Assembly (NCBI GenBank): GCA_947258385.1
Contig: CAMYII010000052.1
Coordinates: forward strand, 6,642 to 70,641
Length of the DNA stretch: 64,000 nucleotides
Origin: Acidiferrobacterales bacterium
GTDB taxonomy: Bacteria; Pseudomonadota; Gammaproteobacteria; Acidiferrobacterales; SZUA-150
Direction: 5' to 3'
Shown: in pieces, positions 28,582 through 40,091 of the stretch
How positions within the stretch are numbered: the stretch's first letter is position 1
Layout: the number at the start of each line of letters is the position of its first letter
Position numbers and translations under genes: made by a program
The notes under the pieces: model-generated
Told to the model about the DNA's origin: nothing
Databases searched by the model: none
Seen by the model: only the letters and a program-made list of their open reading frames with translations

Positions 28582-29022
28582 CTACTCGCCCAAGGTACGC
28601 AAATATGCAACCAATCCCGGCGGCTGAAACGCAAGCGTAAGCTTGCTGCCTTGCACCCAAGCGCCCGAAAACACATGGCCGGACGATGCCGGTGGTGGCC
28701 CCAGCGGGGTAAACGGCTCAACGCGGACATCGGCCGCGGGCAAAAGCTGTATGTCGTCAGCGATCAGACCAAGTGGATACGGAGAAGCGTTAACAAAAAC
28801 AGCGCGCTGCCAGTTATGCCGTCGCAACAATGCCAGATTTCCATCCAGGCTATAGGCCGGCCATCGCCCCGTCTTCACCAACCGCCATGCCGTCACATGG
28901 CTGGCAGCATCGTCATTCACCAAAAGGCTGTCACGCTGCTCGATCGCCAGGCTTACCGAGCTCGGCAACAGATAGTCCATGCCGCCTATGTTGATACGTA
29001 GATATTGTTCTGTTCCTGTCAC
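28582..29022 (-). CDS. Divergent CheW-like protein
   Basis: YLRI.IGG..YLLP..LGLIADDI pattern; sits between chpA and the chpC-like gene. Confidence 0.55.
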   Translation of the reverse strand: MTGTEQYLRINIGGMDYLLPSSVSLAIEQRDSLLVNDDAASHVTAWRLVKTGRWPAYSLDGNLALLRRHNWQRAVFVNASPYPLGLIADDIQLLPAADVRVEPFTPLGPPPASSGHVFSGAWVQGSKLTLAFQPPGLVAYLRTLGE

Positions 29023-29101
29023 AATATTGATTCCGGGGCTGCGGAAAATTATCTCGCGTGAGCCATATATCCTTGAGTTAATAAAATAACTTAGTAGAAC
29101 G

Positions 29102-32100
29102 CTATTGGTTAAGCAGTTCGTTAATGCTCCGGGTCAACTCGTCTTCCTGGTATGGCTTGCTCATATAAACGTTGACACCAAGTTCCATGGCCTTGTCCTT
29201 ATGTTTGATGCCGGCCCGCGAGGTAATCATGATAATCGGGATATGCTTGAGCGCCGGATCGGAACGTACTCGCTTGGTCAGCTCGTAACCATCCATTCGC
29301 GGCATCTCGATATCAACAAGCATCAGGTTCGGCACGCGTTCGCGCAACTGCTCAGCCGCATCCAGGCCGTCTTTGGCAGTAATCGCCTCGATGCCAAGCT
29401 TCTGCAGATACTTGGTTGTGATCTTTCGAACAGTCAGCGAATCATCCACGATCATCACGGCCGGACGCCGGCTTGCTTTCGTCTCCGCACGTTCAGCCGC
29501 GACAGGCGCCGCCGCGCGGGTGACATGCATCATGTCGTCTGACATCCACAGACTGGCGATATCAAGAATCAGAACTACTTTACCATCGCCGAGAATGGTC
29601 GCGCCCGCAAGACCTTTGACCTCGTTGAGCTGGGCGCTCAGAGGTTTTATGACGATTTCTCGCGTTCCGACCAGTCCGTCGACTTGCATTGCAACTTCAC
29701 GGGAACCGCTTCTGCCCAGCAGAACCGGGGCCTTATTAGTGCTGGCTGTTGTTCCATGCACTATCCCAAGATGCGAGGCCAGGCTCATGAAGGGGTAGAC
29801 TTGATCGTTGTGATTAAGCAGCGGTCTATCGCCCACGTAAATGTTAGTCAACTCCTCGGTCGGAATCTCAAGAATATTTATTATCGACGACAAAGAGAGA
29901 GCAAACATCTGGTCGCCCGCGTAAACCATCAATGCCTGCGTGATGGACAAGGTCAGCGGCAAGCGAATGACAAAGGTCGTACCCGCCCCCTTTTCGGTAT
30001 CCACCGACATGGTACCGCCAAGCTGCCTGACCTCATTGTGTACCACGTCCATGCCGACACCACGGCCTGAAATATGTGTGACGTGATCGGCCGTGGAGAA
30101 GCCGGAGACCAGAATAAACTGCATTGTCTCTTCTTCGGACAGCGCGGCATCCACCGGCATCAAGCCGCGTTCTATGGCCTTGTCGCGAATCTCGGCAATA
30201 TCCAGGCCGGCGCCATCATCGGAGAATCGCATGATGATCTCATTGCCCTGGTTTCTTGTATCGATCGTTATCTTGCCGATCTTTGGTTTTCCAAGGCGCT
30301 TACGGGTCTTCTCGCTCTCTATGCCATGGTCCAATGCATTACGGACCATGTGCTCAAACGGGGCTATCATACGTTCCAGCACATTCCTGTCGACCTCGAC
30401 GTTCCCGCCTGTAATTTCAAGCTGCGCGTTTTTGCCAAGCTCGCGCGCCGTCTGACGCACGATATGGCGCAATCTGGCCGCCTGGGTGTTGAAATCCACC
30501 ATGCGGGTGCGCATCAGGCCTTCTTGCAGCTCCGTGTTCACACGCGCCTGTTGTTGCAGTACGGATTCGGCCTCGCTGGCGAAATTCCCCAGATTCGTCT
30601 GGATTGTCGACAAATCGTGCAGGCCCTCTGTCAGACCGCGGGAGAGCTGTTGCAGCTTGCTGAATCTATCGAACTCCAATGGGTCGAAATCAGTCCCTGC
30701 CGTCGAGCCTTCTTTCTGGGCGCGGTAAAGAATCTGCGATTCAGATTGTATTTCCAGCTCTCTTAGTTGTTCACGGAACCGCGTGACGCTGCGTTGAAGC
30801 TCGGTGATATTTTCGTTAAAACCGTAAATCTGCTGCTCCATGCGCGAGCGCGAGATGCTCACTTCGCCTGCGTAATTCGCGAGCTCATTCAACAAATCGG
30901 TGCGCACCCTGATCTGCTCGCGCCGTTCCCATTTCTCTTGCGGCGCGATGCGGTCAGCGGCGTCCTCCCCACCGGGAGTATCGTCCTTGCGACGACCGCG
31001 GATCATTGCATCGGCCGCCGGACGTTGCCCGGATACAGCGCCTGAGCGGGAGGACGTGGATTCCGCGACTGCGTAAGCCGGGATCGGCGGGTCCTCGTGC
31101 GGCACAGCGGACACCGGGATTGAGGATAGATCCGCGCTGGTGTCAGGCTGTGTCGCACCGACAGCGGGTTGACTCCCCTCTGACCCACCCGACATCATGC
31201 TGCCGAGCCTAGCGTTAAGTGCGTCAACGCCGCTCGCCGGTTGACCATTACGCACCTGCTCGATGGCCGCGGCGAGGGTGTCGTGAATTTCATCCAACAA
31301 ATCGAGCAGCTCCGCATCGGGCTGAACCAAACCCTGCTCAACACGGCCGAGCATCGTCTCGGTGTGATGCGCAAGCTCGCCGAGCGACATGGCGCCTGAC
31401 ATACGCGCGCCACCCTTAAAGGTGTGTAATGCGCGTTTGAGGTCCTCAACTGCGCTTCGGTCACCCAGATCACCATGCCAGCGGGCAACCGCCTCGTTGA
31501 TGGTATGCAAAATGTCAACGGCTTCCTCATAAAAGATCTCAATGAGATCGGCATCAAGATGATCCTTGATTTGACCGGTGGCGTCGGGTCCAGTCCCTTG
31601 TACCGTAATTGGTTGCGCGACGGTTGGAATTGGATCGCCTTCGTCAACGACAATGGCGTCGACCGCGACGCTGCCCACGTCGAGCAGATCCGCAGACAGC
31701 GAGGTCTCAAGTTCCCTGTACACGGAGATAACGCGCTTTGTGATCTCGTTGAAACGCTCACTGGTGACGCGGGAGGTGTTACCGCGGTCACTCAGCTCAT
31801 CAACTACCGCACCAACGCAATCCCTGATCTCTTCCAAAAGGCCGAGGTGGCGTTCGCCCAGCATTATCTGCTGCGCCTCCATCTCCAGCAGCAGTTTTTC
31901 CATCGCCTTGCACGCGTCCGACATGGGCAGAAGACCGACTGACCGCGCGCTGCCCGACAACGTATGTGCCGCACGAATCAGGCCTGCAGAAGGAAAACAA
32001 CTGCCGGATTGCTCGCACCCGGCCAAACCCTCTTCAATGGTCCCGACATGTCCTTGCGCTTCGCTGATGAATATCTGCAGTAGGGTGGCATCCGCCCTGG

Positions 32101-34765
32101 GGATATCCCCCACGTCGTTTACCTGCATGTCCACCTCCGCAACGCGTGAGGGACTTTCGGCATCGCCCTGCGCCTCGTTGTTGCCATCGGCCAGCTCGTG
32201 CCCTTTGACGCGCAGGCCTTCGATATCCGCAGTCACGGCGGGACCGCCCCCGAGCTGGGCGATCATGTCAGGGAGCACGCCTCGGACTTCCTCGATATGC
32301 TCAAAGATCTCCTCGGTCGGGGCGATCTTATTCTCGCCGATCTTGTTAAGGATAGATTCGACTGACCAGGAAAATTCCGCGATCTCAGAAGCACCCACCA
32401 TCCGGCCGCTGCCCTTGATCGTGTGAAAGGCGCGACGGACTTCGAACATGGTGTCTCGATTGCCGGTATCCTCACGCCACAGCGGAAAATTCTTGTTTAT
32501 GGTATCAAGTGAATCCCTGGCATCTTCGATAAAGATCTCCATGATTTCTTCATCGAAGTCGTCGTCATCATCGCCTGTCGCCTGCTGCGCCGATACAGGG
32601 GCAGCCGCTTGCGCATTATCGCGCACCGTTGTCTCAGCCGGCGCCGGACTGGAAATCGTCTCCCCCCGCGCTCTGGCAACATCTATCGGCACCACTTCCG
32701 CCTGCGGGGGCGACATCAGAGTCTGGCTCACGATGCCGGCCAGCGTATCCAGCGATTTATTAAGCGTGTCAATGACTTCCGCGGTGAGCTGCGATGGATC
32801 ATCAGCGACGATCTGCAACAAATTGAGCATCTCCTGACTGATTTTGCCCAGCTTTTCCTGCCTTTTCTGCGATGCGATTAACGTCATGTCCTGCAAGTGC
32901 TGCTGCAGATTATTCAAGGCAGCGCTGTCATCTCTGTCTCCCAGCCACGCGCTAAGATCATTGTGAATCACCTCAAGCAACGCCGACGGATTTGCCGCAT
33001 AATCACGCTTTTGGCTGGTTGCCAGTTCCATCTCCTGCAGCGCGAGATCAACCAGCGCGTCGAGATTGGGGCGATTGAATTGCAAGCCGTCGACATACGC
33101 CCCTATCGTGCCGATACACACCGCCAGCGGATCCATCACGTCCTCATCCGGCGCAAGGACACCCTTGCTGATATCCTCCACATACCCGGCGGTCTTCTCA
33201 GCGAGCCTCGCCGCGCTGTCCTGGCCAAGAATCTGCAACGCCCCTTGTATCTGGCCAAGATGCTGCATCACATGTTCCATCTGCCCGGTCTGGCTGGTAT
33301 CGGCGACAAATATCTCTATCACCTCTTCGATGTTCGCCAAATTCACGCGGATCTCATCTGCAACCACGTTGAGCAACTGTTTGTAGTCGGACTCGGTGAG
33401 CTCGGCATCCGACACCTCCAGACCCTCAACCGAAGGCGTCCCCTCATCACCGCCGGAAGCCAGCCCGCGCAACATTGCCGTCGCATCGTCCAATTGCCGC
33501 TTCCAGTCTGTGGCTGAAGCGTGAATGTCACGGGAACTGCTTTCGATTAACAACAACGCACTTGCCATTGCCATTGAGACTGTCTCGTTACCTTCCAGCT
33601 TACCGTCAGTAATGGCCTCACAGGCCTGCCGCAGGGCATCGACTAAAGACTTCAGTATCGGGACGTCGAGCATATCCATGGTACTGGACATTTTGCCTAA
33701 CAATTTGTCCAACGGCTCAAGCGAATCGACCGCTTCCTGCTCCGGATCGAAATACGCAGCCAGCACGTCCTGCGCGGCTTCGATTTCCCTGACGAGTGCC
33801 GTCGATACCGACTGCAGGATTTCAGGGGTTGGCAGTTCACTGAGATCCGGCTCGGGTTCGGCGGCGACATTGCCCAGCAACAGATCGAGATCAAACGCCT
33901 GCTTTAATTGCGTGACCTTTGGGCTACCGGTCTTCGCCGTGGCGACGTGAAACAGAATCGATTTCACCAGCGCCTCGGTGGAACTGCGCAAATCGGTTTT
34001 GCCGGCACCCTCAACGAGTTTTCTGATCTGTTGATCCAATCTCGCAAGAAGCTTCTTTCTCTCGTTGGTCGGCTCAAGATCGCTCGACATCATCGCTTCC
34101 AGCAGCCCACTGGCAACCCAGAACAACTGCTCTACCACGCCCAGGTTTGCCTCTTGCTCCAGTTGATCCAGGATTGCGACCATATTATTCATGGCTTGTG
34201 TGCTGCCGGTATCGCGCAGCCAGGCAAGCAACGCGACCTGAAAGATGGGGCGCAACTTTCTGGCCATTGCCCGGTACTCGTCCGGCGACAACCCCTTCGT
34301 GGCTTGCTCTTGTCTTGGGGGGCGGACGGTAAGATCTGGATTGAACAGCTCGAGCTCGGAGATCGGTGACGTATTTCGCACAGTCCGCAACTCATTGAGC
34401 AGCGGAAGCAACCGCAGCGGCACATCGCGGTTACCGAACTGGAGACGCGCCAGGTAGTCCGGCAACGTCAAAATGCCCCGTATCAGGACATCGTAGATAT
34501 GCTCATCGGGCTTGAGTTCGTCGCTCAGAATGGCTTCGGCGAGGGCTTCGATCTCCTTCGCCAGCATTGCAGCGCCATCGAGCTCGACCATCTCAAGGGT
34601 ACCGACGACTTGATGCAGATGTGTGGTGCAGAAACGCAGTTGGGAATCATCACCCGGATTCCCGGCATAGGCCTCCAGCGACTGACGGGCCTGCCTGAGG
34701 CTTTCGTCAATCTCTGTCTTGACCCATCCCAGGGTACTGATATCAACTGTGCTGGTCGTAGCCAT
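29102..34765 (-). CDS. chpA: ChpA (PilL): CheA-like kinase with multiple Hpt domains, CheW and receiver
   Basis: Hpt motifs HQVVGTL, HTIKGSG, HTLSGSA, HTFKGGA; DPLEFDRF; EHMVRNALDHG; SGRGVGMDVV; C-terminal receiver. Confidence 0.95.
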   Translation of the reverse strand: MATTSTVDISTLGWVKTEIDESLRQARQSLEAYAGNPGDDSQLRFCTTHLHQVVGTLEMVELDGAAMLAKEIEALAEAILSDELKPDEHIYDVLIRGILTLPDYLARLQFGNRDVPLRLLPLLNELRTVRNTSPISELELFNPDLTVRPPRQEQATKGLSPDEYRAMARKLRPIFQVALLAWLRDTGSTQAMNNMVAILDQLEQEANLGVVEQLFWVASGLLEAMMSSDLEPTNERKKLLARLDQQIRKLVEGAGKTDLRSSTEALVKSILFHVATAKTGSPKVTQLKQAFDLDLLLGNVAAEPEPDLSELPTPEILQSVSTALVREIEAAQDVLAAYFDPEQEAVDSLEPLDKLLGKMSSTMDMLDVPILKSLVDALRQACEAITDGKLEGNETVSMAMASALLLIESSSRDIHASATDWKRQLDDATAMLRGLASGGDEGTPSVEGLEVSDAELTESDYKQLLNVVADEIRVNLANIEEVIEIFVADTSQTGQMEHVMQHLGQIQGALQILGQDSAARLAEKTAGYVEDISKGVLAPDEDVMDPLAVCIGTIGAYVDGLQFNRPNLDALVDLALQEMELATSQKRDYAANPSALLEVIHNDLSAWLGDRDDSAALNNLQQHLQDMTLIASQKRQEKLGKISQEMLNLLQIVADDPSQLTAEVIDTLNKSLDTLAGIVSQTLMSPPQAEVVPIDVARARGETISSPAPAETTVRDNAQAAAPVSAQQATGDDDDDFDEEIMEIFIEDARDSLDTINKNFPLWREDTGNRDTMFEVRRAFHTIKGSGRMVGASEIAEFSWSVESILNKIGENKIAPTEEIFEHIEEVRGVLPDMIAQLGGGPAVTADIEGLRVKGHELADGNNEAQGDAESPSRVAEVDMQVNDVGDIPRADATLLQIFISEAQGHVGTIEEGLAGCEQSGSCFPSAGLIRAAHTLSGSARSVGLLPMSDACKAMEKLLLEMEAQQIMLGERHLGLLEEIRDCVGAVVDELSDRGNTSRVTSERFNEITKRVISVYRELETSLSADLLDVGSVAVDAIVVDEGDPIPTVAQPITVQGTGPDATGQIKDHLDADLIEIFYEEAVDILHTINEAVARWHGDLGDRSAVEDLKRALHTFKGGARMSGAMSLGELAHHTETMLGRVEQGLVQPDAELLDLLDEIHDTLAAAIEQVRNGQPASGVDALNARLGSMMSGGSEGSQPAVGATQPDTSADLSSIPVSAVPHEDPPIPAYAVAESTSSRSGAVSGQRPAADAMIRGRRKDDTPGGEDAADRIAPQEKWERREQIRVRTDLLNELANYAGEVSISRSRMEQQIYGFNENITELQRSVTRFREQLRELEIQSESQILYRAQKEGSTAGTDFDPLEFDRFSKLQQLSRGLTEGLHDLSTIQTNLGNFASEAESVLQQQARVNTELQEGLMRTRMVDFNTQAARLRHIVRQTARELGKNAQLEITGGNVEVDRNVLERMIAPFEHMVRNALDHGIESEKTRKRLGKPKIGKITIDTRNQGNEIIMRFSDDGAGLDIAEIRDKAIERGLMPVDAALSEEETMQFILVSGFSTADHVTHISGRGVGMDVVHNEVRQLGGTMSVDTEKGAGTTFVIRLPLTLSITQALMVYAGDQMFALSLSSIINILEIPTEELTNIYVGDRPLLNHNDQVYPFMSLASHLGIVHGTTASTNKAPVLLGRSGSREVAMQVDGLVGTREIVIKPLSAQLNEVKGLAGATILGDGKVVLILDIASLWMSDDMMHVTRAAAPVAAERAETKASRRPAVMIVDDSLTVRKITTKYLQKLGIEAITAKDGLDAAEQLRERVPNLMLVDIEMPRMDGYELTKRVRSDPALKHIPIIMITSRAGIKHKDKAMELGVNVYMSKPYQEDELTRSINELLNQ

Positions 34766-34857
34766 TTAGAATAACAATCGTTTCTTCCTGTGAGCTAACA
34801 CCACATCACCGGCACACGGTCCGAAGCAAAATGCGTTCATGCGCCCCCGAAGCCGCG

Positions 34858-36981
34858 CTACGCGGGCAATTTGAAGCCCGCCACAGACTCCTGCAGCTCG
34901 CGCGCCAGGTCCGACAGCTTGCCGATGGAATCCGCGGTCTGCCGTGTACCCGATGACGTGAGGGTCGTCGTTTCCTGAATCTTCGCCATACTCCCGGATA
35001 CCTGGGAGGCATTTTGAGACTGATCGAGCGCGTCTTTGGCGATTCGCACAATGAGGCCTGACAACTGCTCAGACACCGATTCGATCTCACCCAGTGCCTG
35101 ACCGGCGGCATCCGCCAGGCGCGTCGTTTCGACCACACCGTTGGTGGCCTGCTCCATGGACGCCACCGCTTCATTCGTATCCGCCTGAATGGTCTTCACC
35201 AGGTCGGAAATCTGCTTGGTCGCCTCGGCCGAGCGTTCCGCCAGCCGCTGCACCTCGTCCGCAACCACCGCGAAACCGCGACCTGCCTCACCGGCCATGG
35301 CCGCCTGGATGGCGGCATTCAGCGACAGGATGTTGGTTTGCTCGGCGATGTCGTTGATCAGCTCAACGATTTCACCGATTTGTTGTGAGCTCTCACCCAG
35401 CCGTTTGATCCGTTTTGCCGTCTCCTGGATCTGCTCACGCATCTGGTCCATACCGTGAATCGTGTTGCGCACGGCCTCGGCACCCATTTTAGCGGTAGAC
35501 ACTGAGCCCTGGGCCACTTCAGCGGATTTCTCCGCGCTTTGCGACATCTCTTCCATGGATCTGGCCATCGTCTGGACCTTTTCCGTAGTATCGGTAATCT
35601 GCGCGGCCTGTCGCAGCGCGGCCTCGGTAAGCTCTGTCGCCGTCTGACGGCTGCTCTCCGAAGCCATCGCCACCTGTTGTGCGGCGTTCTTTATGCGGTA
35701 AACCAGGTTGCGCATCTCTTTTACAGCGAAATTGATCGAGTCGGCGATGGCACCGGTGATTTGCTCGGTCACCTCAGGCTCCACCGAAAGATCACCATCG
35801 GCGAGGTTACCCATTTCGTCGAGCAGCTTCAGAATGGCGTCCTGAGTCGTCCGGCTTTCCTCGGCCGTAGCGCGGGCGCGCTCCTTCTCATCACTAAGCA
35901 GTCGCCACCCCATCGCCAGCAAAAGAAAGATCGACACGGCCGACAAAGCGACCGCCGCCCACACAAACATCTGCCGCTGTTCCGACAGGCGACCGTAGGC
36001 ATCGACCAGTTCCCGGACCTTGGTTGAGAGAAAGTCACTTTGCCCGAATACTTGTTGGCTGGCGCGTTGTGACACGAATAGCTCGGCGGCGTTGCCGAGG
36101 ATGCCTTCCACGTGGCTGTTCATCTCCTCGAAGACCTCGGCGGCCTCGTTCAACTTGGAACGAATCCCGGGCGGTGCGACCTTGCGCAACCGTAACTCGG
36201 TATCCTTGAACAGCTTCGAATCCTTACCGAACTGGGCGGCTGCCACGGCCGCGTCATCACCACCCTGGGCGAACAGGTTGACGTCCTTGGCGATACGCTG
36301 ACTCAACATGCCCTGACGGCTGGCGATGTAGAGGTACTTCTGGCTCATCCCGGCATTCACACCGAGTTCCACGATTTCATCAGTGATAGACAACAGCAGC
36401 GGGCTTAGCTGGTTGATGGCGAGCACATGGTCACGCAGGGCGAACAGCGCCTCCTCCTGGCTGAGAATCTGATCAACCTGCGCGCGCGTACCGGCATTGG
36501 GTTTTGGCGCCCAGACTTTCTGCAACTCGAACAGCTCGGTACCCCGCACTTTGCTGGGGCTCGCCGGGATGCCGATCGTGGCGCTGCCATCTTTCAACCC
36601 ATTGATAATCGTCTCGAACTGCTTGCGCGATTCGGCAAGCGTTTTAAACGCGGTCTCCCGTCCAAGCACCGCCTCACGTGCGTCCTTGGCCAGGCGTTGT
36701 GAGAGCATCAGCATCTGGCTTGACTGCTCGATGTAGCGCGTATCACGCTCTGCCTGGCGGGCATTCTGAAAAAACAACCAACCAATCGCGATAACCGTCA
36801 AGAACAGCATAATGCCCAGTACCTTGAGGTCGAGCACCTTGGCCCGCCCGCCGGTACCGGCAGGTCTACGTCTGTCGCTCTCAGCCAGCGCAACTTCTGC
36901 GACAGCCTCCTCTGCAGACAGATCAATCACATCTTCGGAAGGCTGATCAATCAGGGTGTGCTTCTTTGCAAATAAAGCCAT
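34858..36981 (-). CDS. pilJ: Methyl-accepting chemoreceptor PilJ
   Basis: Two TM helices, LSQRLAK PilJ domains, [30 protein letters not shown]. Confidence 0.95.
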   Translation of the reverse strand: MALFAKKHTLIDQPSEDVIDLSAEEAVAEVALAESDRRRPAGTGGRAKVLDLKVLGIMLFLTVIAIGWLFFQNARQAERDTRYIEQSSQMLMLSQRLAKDAREAVLGRETAFKTLAESRKQFETIINGLKDGSATIGIPASPSKVRGTELFELQKVWAPKPNAGTRAQVDQILSQEEALFALRDHVLAINQLSPLLLSITDEIVELGVNAGMSQKYLYIASRQGMLSQRIAKDVNLFAQGGDDAAVAAAQFGKDSKLFKDTELRLRKVAPPGIRSKLNEAAEVFEEMNSHVEGILGNAAELFVSQRASQQVFGQSDFLSTKVRELVDAYGRLSEQRQMFVWAAVALSAVSIFLLLAMGWRLLSDEKERARATAEESRTTQDAILKLLDEMGNLADGDLSVEPEVTEQITGAIADSINFAVKEMRNLVYRIKNAAQQVAMASESSRQTATELTEAALRQAAQITDTTEKVQTMARSMEEMSQSAEKSAEVAQGSVSTAKMGAEAVRNTIHGMDQMREQIQETAKRIKRLGESSQQIGEIVELINDIAEQTNILSLNAAIQAAMAGEAGRGFAVVADEVQRLAERSAEATKQISDLVKTIQADTNEAVASMEQATNGVVETTRLADAAGQALGEIESVSEQLSGLIVRIAKDALDQSQNASQVSGSMAKIQETTTLTSSGTRQTADSIGKLSDLARELQESVAGFKLPA

Positions 36982-37081
36982 GACTCATACCTCGCATCCA
37001 GGAAGATTTGCCCATATCGGGCCGCCATTAATTCATCCCGTTGTAAAAAAATGGCCAAAGAGAACCCCGGCGTCTTTGGGT

Positions 37082-37624
37082 CTACGCAGCAACATGCCGA
37101 AATGCCGGGGTTTCCGCCAATAAATGCATGTCAAACACGCCCCACAGGACGTTATCATGCAAAAACGCGCCACGCGTATTCGCCATGGCTGGGTCATCCA
37201 GCCCGGCTAGATTCTGCCTCTCCTGTTCCTCGTCAAAGTGGCGCAGACCGTAGACTTCGCTGACCAGCAAACCGGTGCTCAAACCCTCGACATTCATGAC
37301 CAGGATCCTTGATCTCAGGTCGATGAAGACCGGCTGTTTGCCAAAAAACTCCGCTAGGTCGACTATCGTCAACAGGTTGCCGCGGACATTGGCGATTCCT
37401 TTGAGCCAGGACTTCGTTCGCGGCACATGCGTGACATCCGGACACAAGAGTACTTCAGTGACGTGATCAAGCGGCGTCACGAACCTGGTGTCGTCGACCC
37501 GGAAACCAACCCCGGACCACAGCTCTTTGGCCTGCACCTCCTCCGGCAATCCCGGCGCATTGGCGATCCCCTCCTGTTGCATCTTGTGCAACAGGCCAAG
37601 CGGGTCCTGTCTGGTCTGCATCAT
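37082..37624 (-). CDS. pilI: CheW-like PilI
   Basis: W.GVGFR, VP.TK.WLKGIANVRG.LL, GLRHF. Confidence 0.92.
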   Translation of the reverse strand: MMQTRQDPLGLLHKMQQEGIANAPGLPEEVQAKELWSGVGFRVDDTRFVTPLDHVTEVLLCPDVTHVPRTKSWLKGIANVRGNLLTIVDLAEFFGKQPVFIDLRSRILVMNVEGLSTGLLVSEVYGLRHFDEEQERQNLAGLDDPAMANTRGAFLHDNVLWGVFDMHLLAETPAFRHVAA

Positions 37625-37628
37625 AAGC

Positions 37629-37991
37629 TCACAATGCCTTGATCTTCGCGATCAGCGTCTTTTCGTCGATCGGTTTTACCAGATAGTCTCTGGCGCCTTG
37701 CCTCAAACCCCAGGCCTTATCGGTTTCCTGGTCTTTGGTCGAGCAGATGATTATCGGTATGTGCGAGGTTTCCGGATCTTTGGCGATGGCCCGCGTCGCT
37801 TCAAAACCGCTCATACCCGGCATCACCACGTCCATCAGCACCAGGTCGGGTTTGTCTGATTTCGCCTTTTCTATCCCGTCTTCTCCGCTCGCGGCCTGCA
37901 AGACATTAAAGCCGTTTTTCTTAAGCATTTCTGCCAGAACATGCGTATCGGTTGGGGAATCATCGACGACGAGGACGTTTTTAATGGCCAT
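37629..37991 (-). CDS. pilH: Single-domain response regulator PilH
   Basis: VVDDSPT, MDVVMPG..GF.ATR, KDQETDK.WG.RQGA. Confidence 0.95.
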   Translation of the reverse strand: MAIKNVLVVDDSPTDTHVLAEMLKKNGFNVLQAASGEDGIEKAKSDKPDLVLMDVVMPGMSGFEATRAIAKDPETSHIPIIICSTKDQETDKAWGLRQGARDYLVKPIDEKTLIAKIKAL

Positions 37992-38049
37992 TTTTCACTC
38001 CATGGTCTCAACTGGTTTGGTTGCCGTTAACCCTGCCTAAACAGGTGTA

Positions 38050-38415
38050 CTAGTGCACATATTTGTTGATCACATCAATCAACTCTTCCTGGGTAAATGG
38101 TTTATTGACATGCTCCTGCGAGCCCGCGATGCGCCCGCGCGCGCGATCAAATAACCCGTCTTTGCTCGATAACATAATCACTGGGGTATCTCTAAATTTT
38201 TTATTGTTTTTAATCAGTTGGCAGGTCTGGTAACCGTCGAGCCGCGGCATCATGATATCGACGAAGACGATATCGGGCTCGTTGTCCGTAATCATGGACA
38301 TGGCCTCAAAACCATCGGCCGCGGTGAACACCGTGTATCCGGCCTTCCTTAGCAGCGCCTCAGCCGTGCGCCGTATGGTGTTGCTGTCATCGATAATCAT
38401 GACTTTGATGGCCAC
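38050..38415 (-). CDS. pilG: Single-domain response regulator PilG
   Basis: IDDSNTIRRTAE, DIMMPRLDGYQTC, SSKDGLFDRARGR. Confidence 0.95.
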   Translation of the reverse strand: MAIKVMIIDDSNTIRRTAEALLRKAGYTVFTAADGFEAMSMITDNEPDIVFVDIMMPRLDGYQTCQLIKNNKKFRDTPVIMLSSKDGLFDRARGRIAGSQEHVNKPFTQEELIDVINKYVH

Positions 38416-38795
38416 AGGAACCTACCCCAATCCAATCTGAAGGTCTTGTCTGCTCGACACCAATCCGTTTCCGTCACGTGGCAACAGAAAACCGACACTA
38501 CTAAAGGTAAATTCTGCACTTTTCCGCCTAGGATAATGATTTGTTAGCACAAATAACACGGAAAATCCACGTCCTGGGATACCCGGCCAAACCTGCCCCT
38601 GCGCCGTTTACCGTGCCCGGCACCCGGCCCACAGGTCGATGCGGCTCAGCCGTGATGTCCCCATGGTGTCAAAACATCTCCAAATTAAGTATAAGCAGGA
38701 AATATGCCAATAGTAATGAATCCGCGCATATCGAGAAAAAACTGAGAAACCTGCAATATCACTGGTATAATTTGCCGGCTAAAGAGTGACAAATT

Positions 38796-40091
38796 ATGAC
38801 CATTGAGCACTTGCACGCGGTCCCGCATCTGACAACGGCGCTGACAGGACCGCTACAGGAAATCGAGGAACACCTGCTGGAACGCCAGGCCCGCATCGAG
38901 CACTGGTTTCGTAGCCAGTGGCTGGATACCCCTGCCCCGTTTTACGCCTCGGTCGATTTGCGCAACGCCGGCTTCAAGTTGGCGCCCGTTGACACCAATC
39001 TGTTTCCAGCCGGCTTCAACAACCTCAATCCGGCGTTCCACCCCTTGTCCGTGCAGGCAATCCAATCCGCGGCTGAGCGCGTATGCCCCACGGCCTGCAG
39101 GGTTTTGCTGGTCCCGGAAAGCCACACGCGGAATCTGTATTATCTGGAGAGCGTCGTTGCCTTGGTGAAAATGATGGTGATGGCCGGCTTCGAGGTCCGC
39201 GTCGGCTCGCTGATCGCGGAGCTGGCTGCTCCGCTGACGGTTGACCTGCCTTCCGGCCAGAGCGTGACCCTGGAGCCGCTCGAACGCCACGGCGACAAAA
39301 TCGCGGTCGCTGACTTTGAACCCTGCTTCGTCATACTAAACAACGACCTATCGGGGGGGCGACCAAGAATCCTGGAGGATCTCGAACAGCCGGTGGTGCC
39401 GCCGCTGGGTCTGGGCTGGTCGAACCGGCTCAAATCCGATCATTTTGCCCACTACCGGCGTGTCGCCAAGGAATTCGCCGAGCTGACCGCTCTCGACCCC
39501 TGGCTGATCGACCCTATCTTCCGCAAATGCGGCAAAATTGACTTCAAAAACCGGGCCGGAGAGGACTGCGTGGTCAGGAATGTCGAGGAGGCGATCGAGC
39601 AGATTCAGGCGAAATACGATCAATACGGTATAAAACAAAAGCCCTATGTCTTCATTAAGGCCGATGCCGGCACCTACGGCATGGGCATCATGACCGCGCA
39701 CAGCGGCGAGGAAGTGCGGGAACTGAACCGCAAGCAGCGAAACAAGATGGCGCGCGTCAAGGAAGGACAGGCCGTCACCGACATTCTGGTTCAAGAAGGC
39801 GTTTATACGTTTGAGACCTGGGGCAGCCAGCAGGCAGTGGCTGAGCCCGTCGTCTATATGATTGACCATTTCGTGGTCGGCGGCTTTTACCGGGTGCATA
39901 CCGGCCGCGGCCCGAATGAGAACCTCAACGCCCCAGGCATGCACTTCGAACCCCTGGCCTTCGCCGAATCCTGCACAACACCCGACCAGAACAAGGCGCC
40001 GGACGCCAACGCCAACCGCTTCTACGCCTACGGCGTCATCGCCCGCCTGGCACTGCTGGCGGCAGCGCGTGAACTGGGCGCCCTGCAGTAA
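38796..40091 (+). CDS. gshA: Glutamate-cysteine ligase
   Basis: VPHLTTAL.GPL, PFYASVDLRNAGFKLAPVDTNLFP, KADAGTYGMG; adjacent to gshB. Confidence 0.95.
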   Translation: MTIEHLHAVPHLTTALTGPLQEIEEHLLERQARIEHWFRSQWLDTPAPFYASVDLRNAGFKLAPVDTNLFPAGFNNLNPAFHPLSVQAIQSAAERVCPTACRVLLVPESHTRNLYYLESVVALVKMMVMAGFEVRVGSLIAELAAPLTVDLPSGQSVTLEPLERHGDKIAVADFEPCFVILNNDLSGGRPRILEDLEQPVVPPLGLGWSNRLKSDHFAHYRRVAKEFAELTALDPWLIDPIFRKCGKIDFKNRAGEDCVVRNVEEAIEQIQAKYDQYGIKQKPYVFIKADAGTYGMGIMTAHSGEEVRELNRKQRNKMARVKEGQAVTDILVQEGVYTFETWGSQQAVAEPVVYMIDHFVVGGFYRVHTGRGPNENLNAPGMHFEPLAFAESCTTPDQNKAPDANANRFYAYGVIARLALLAAARELGALQ

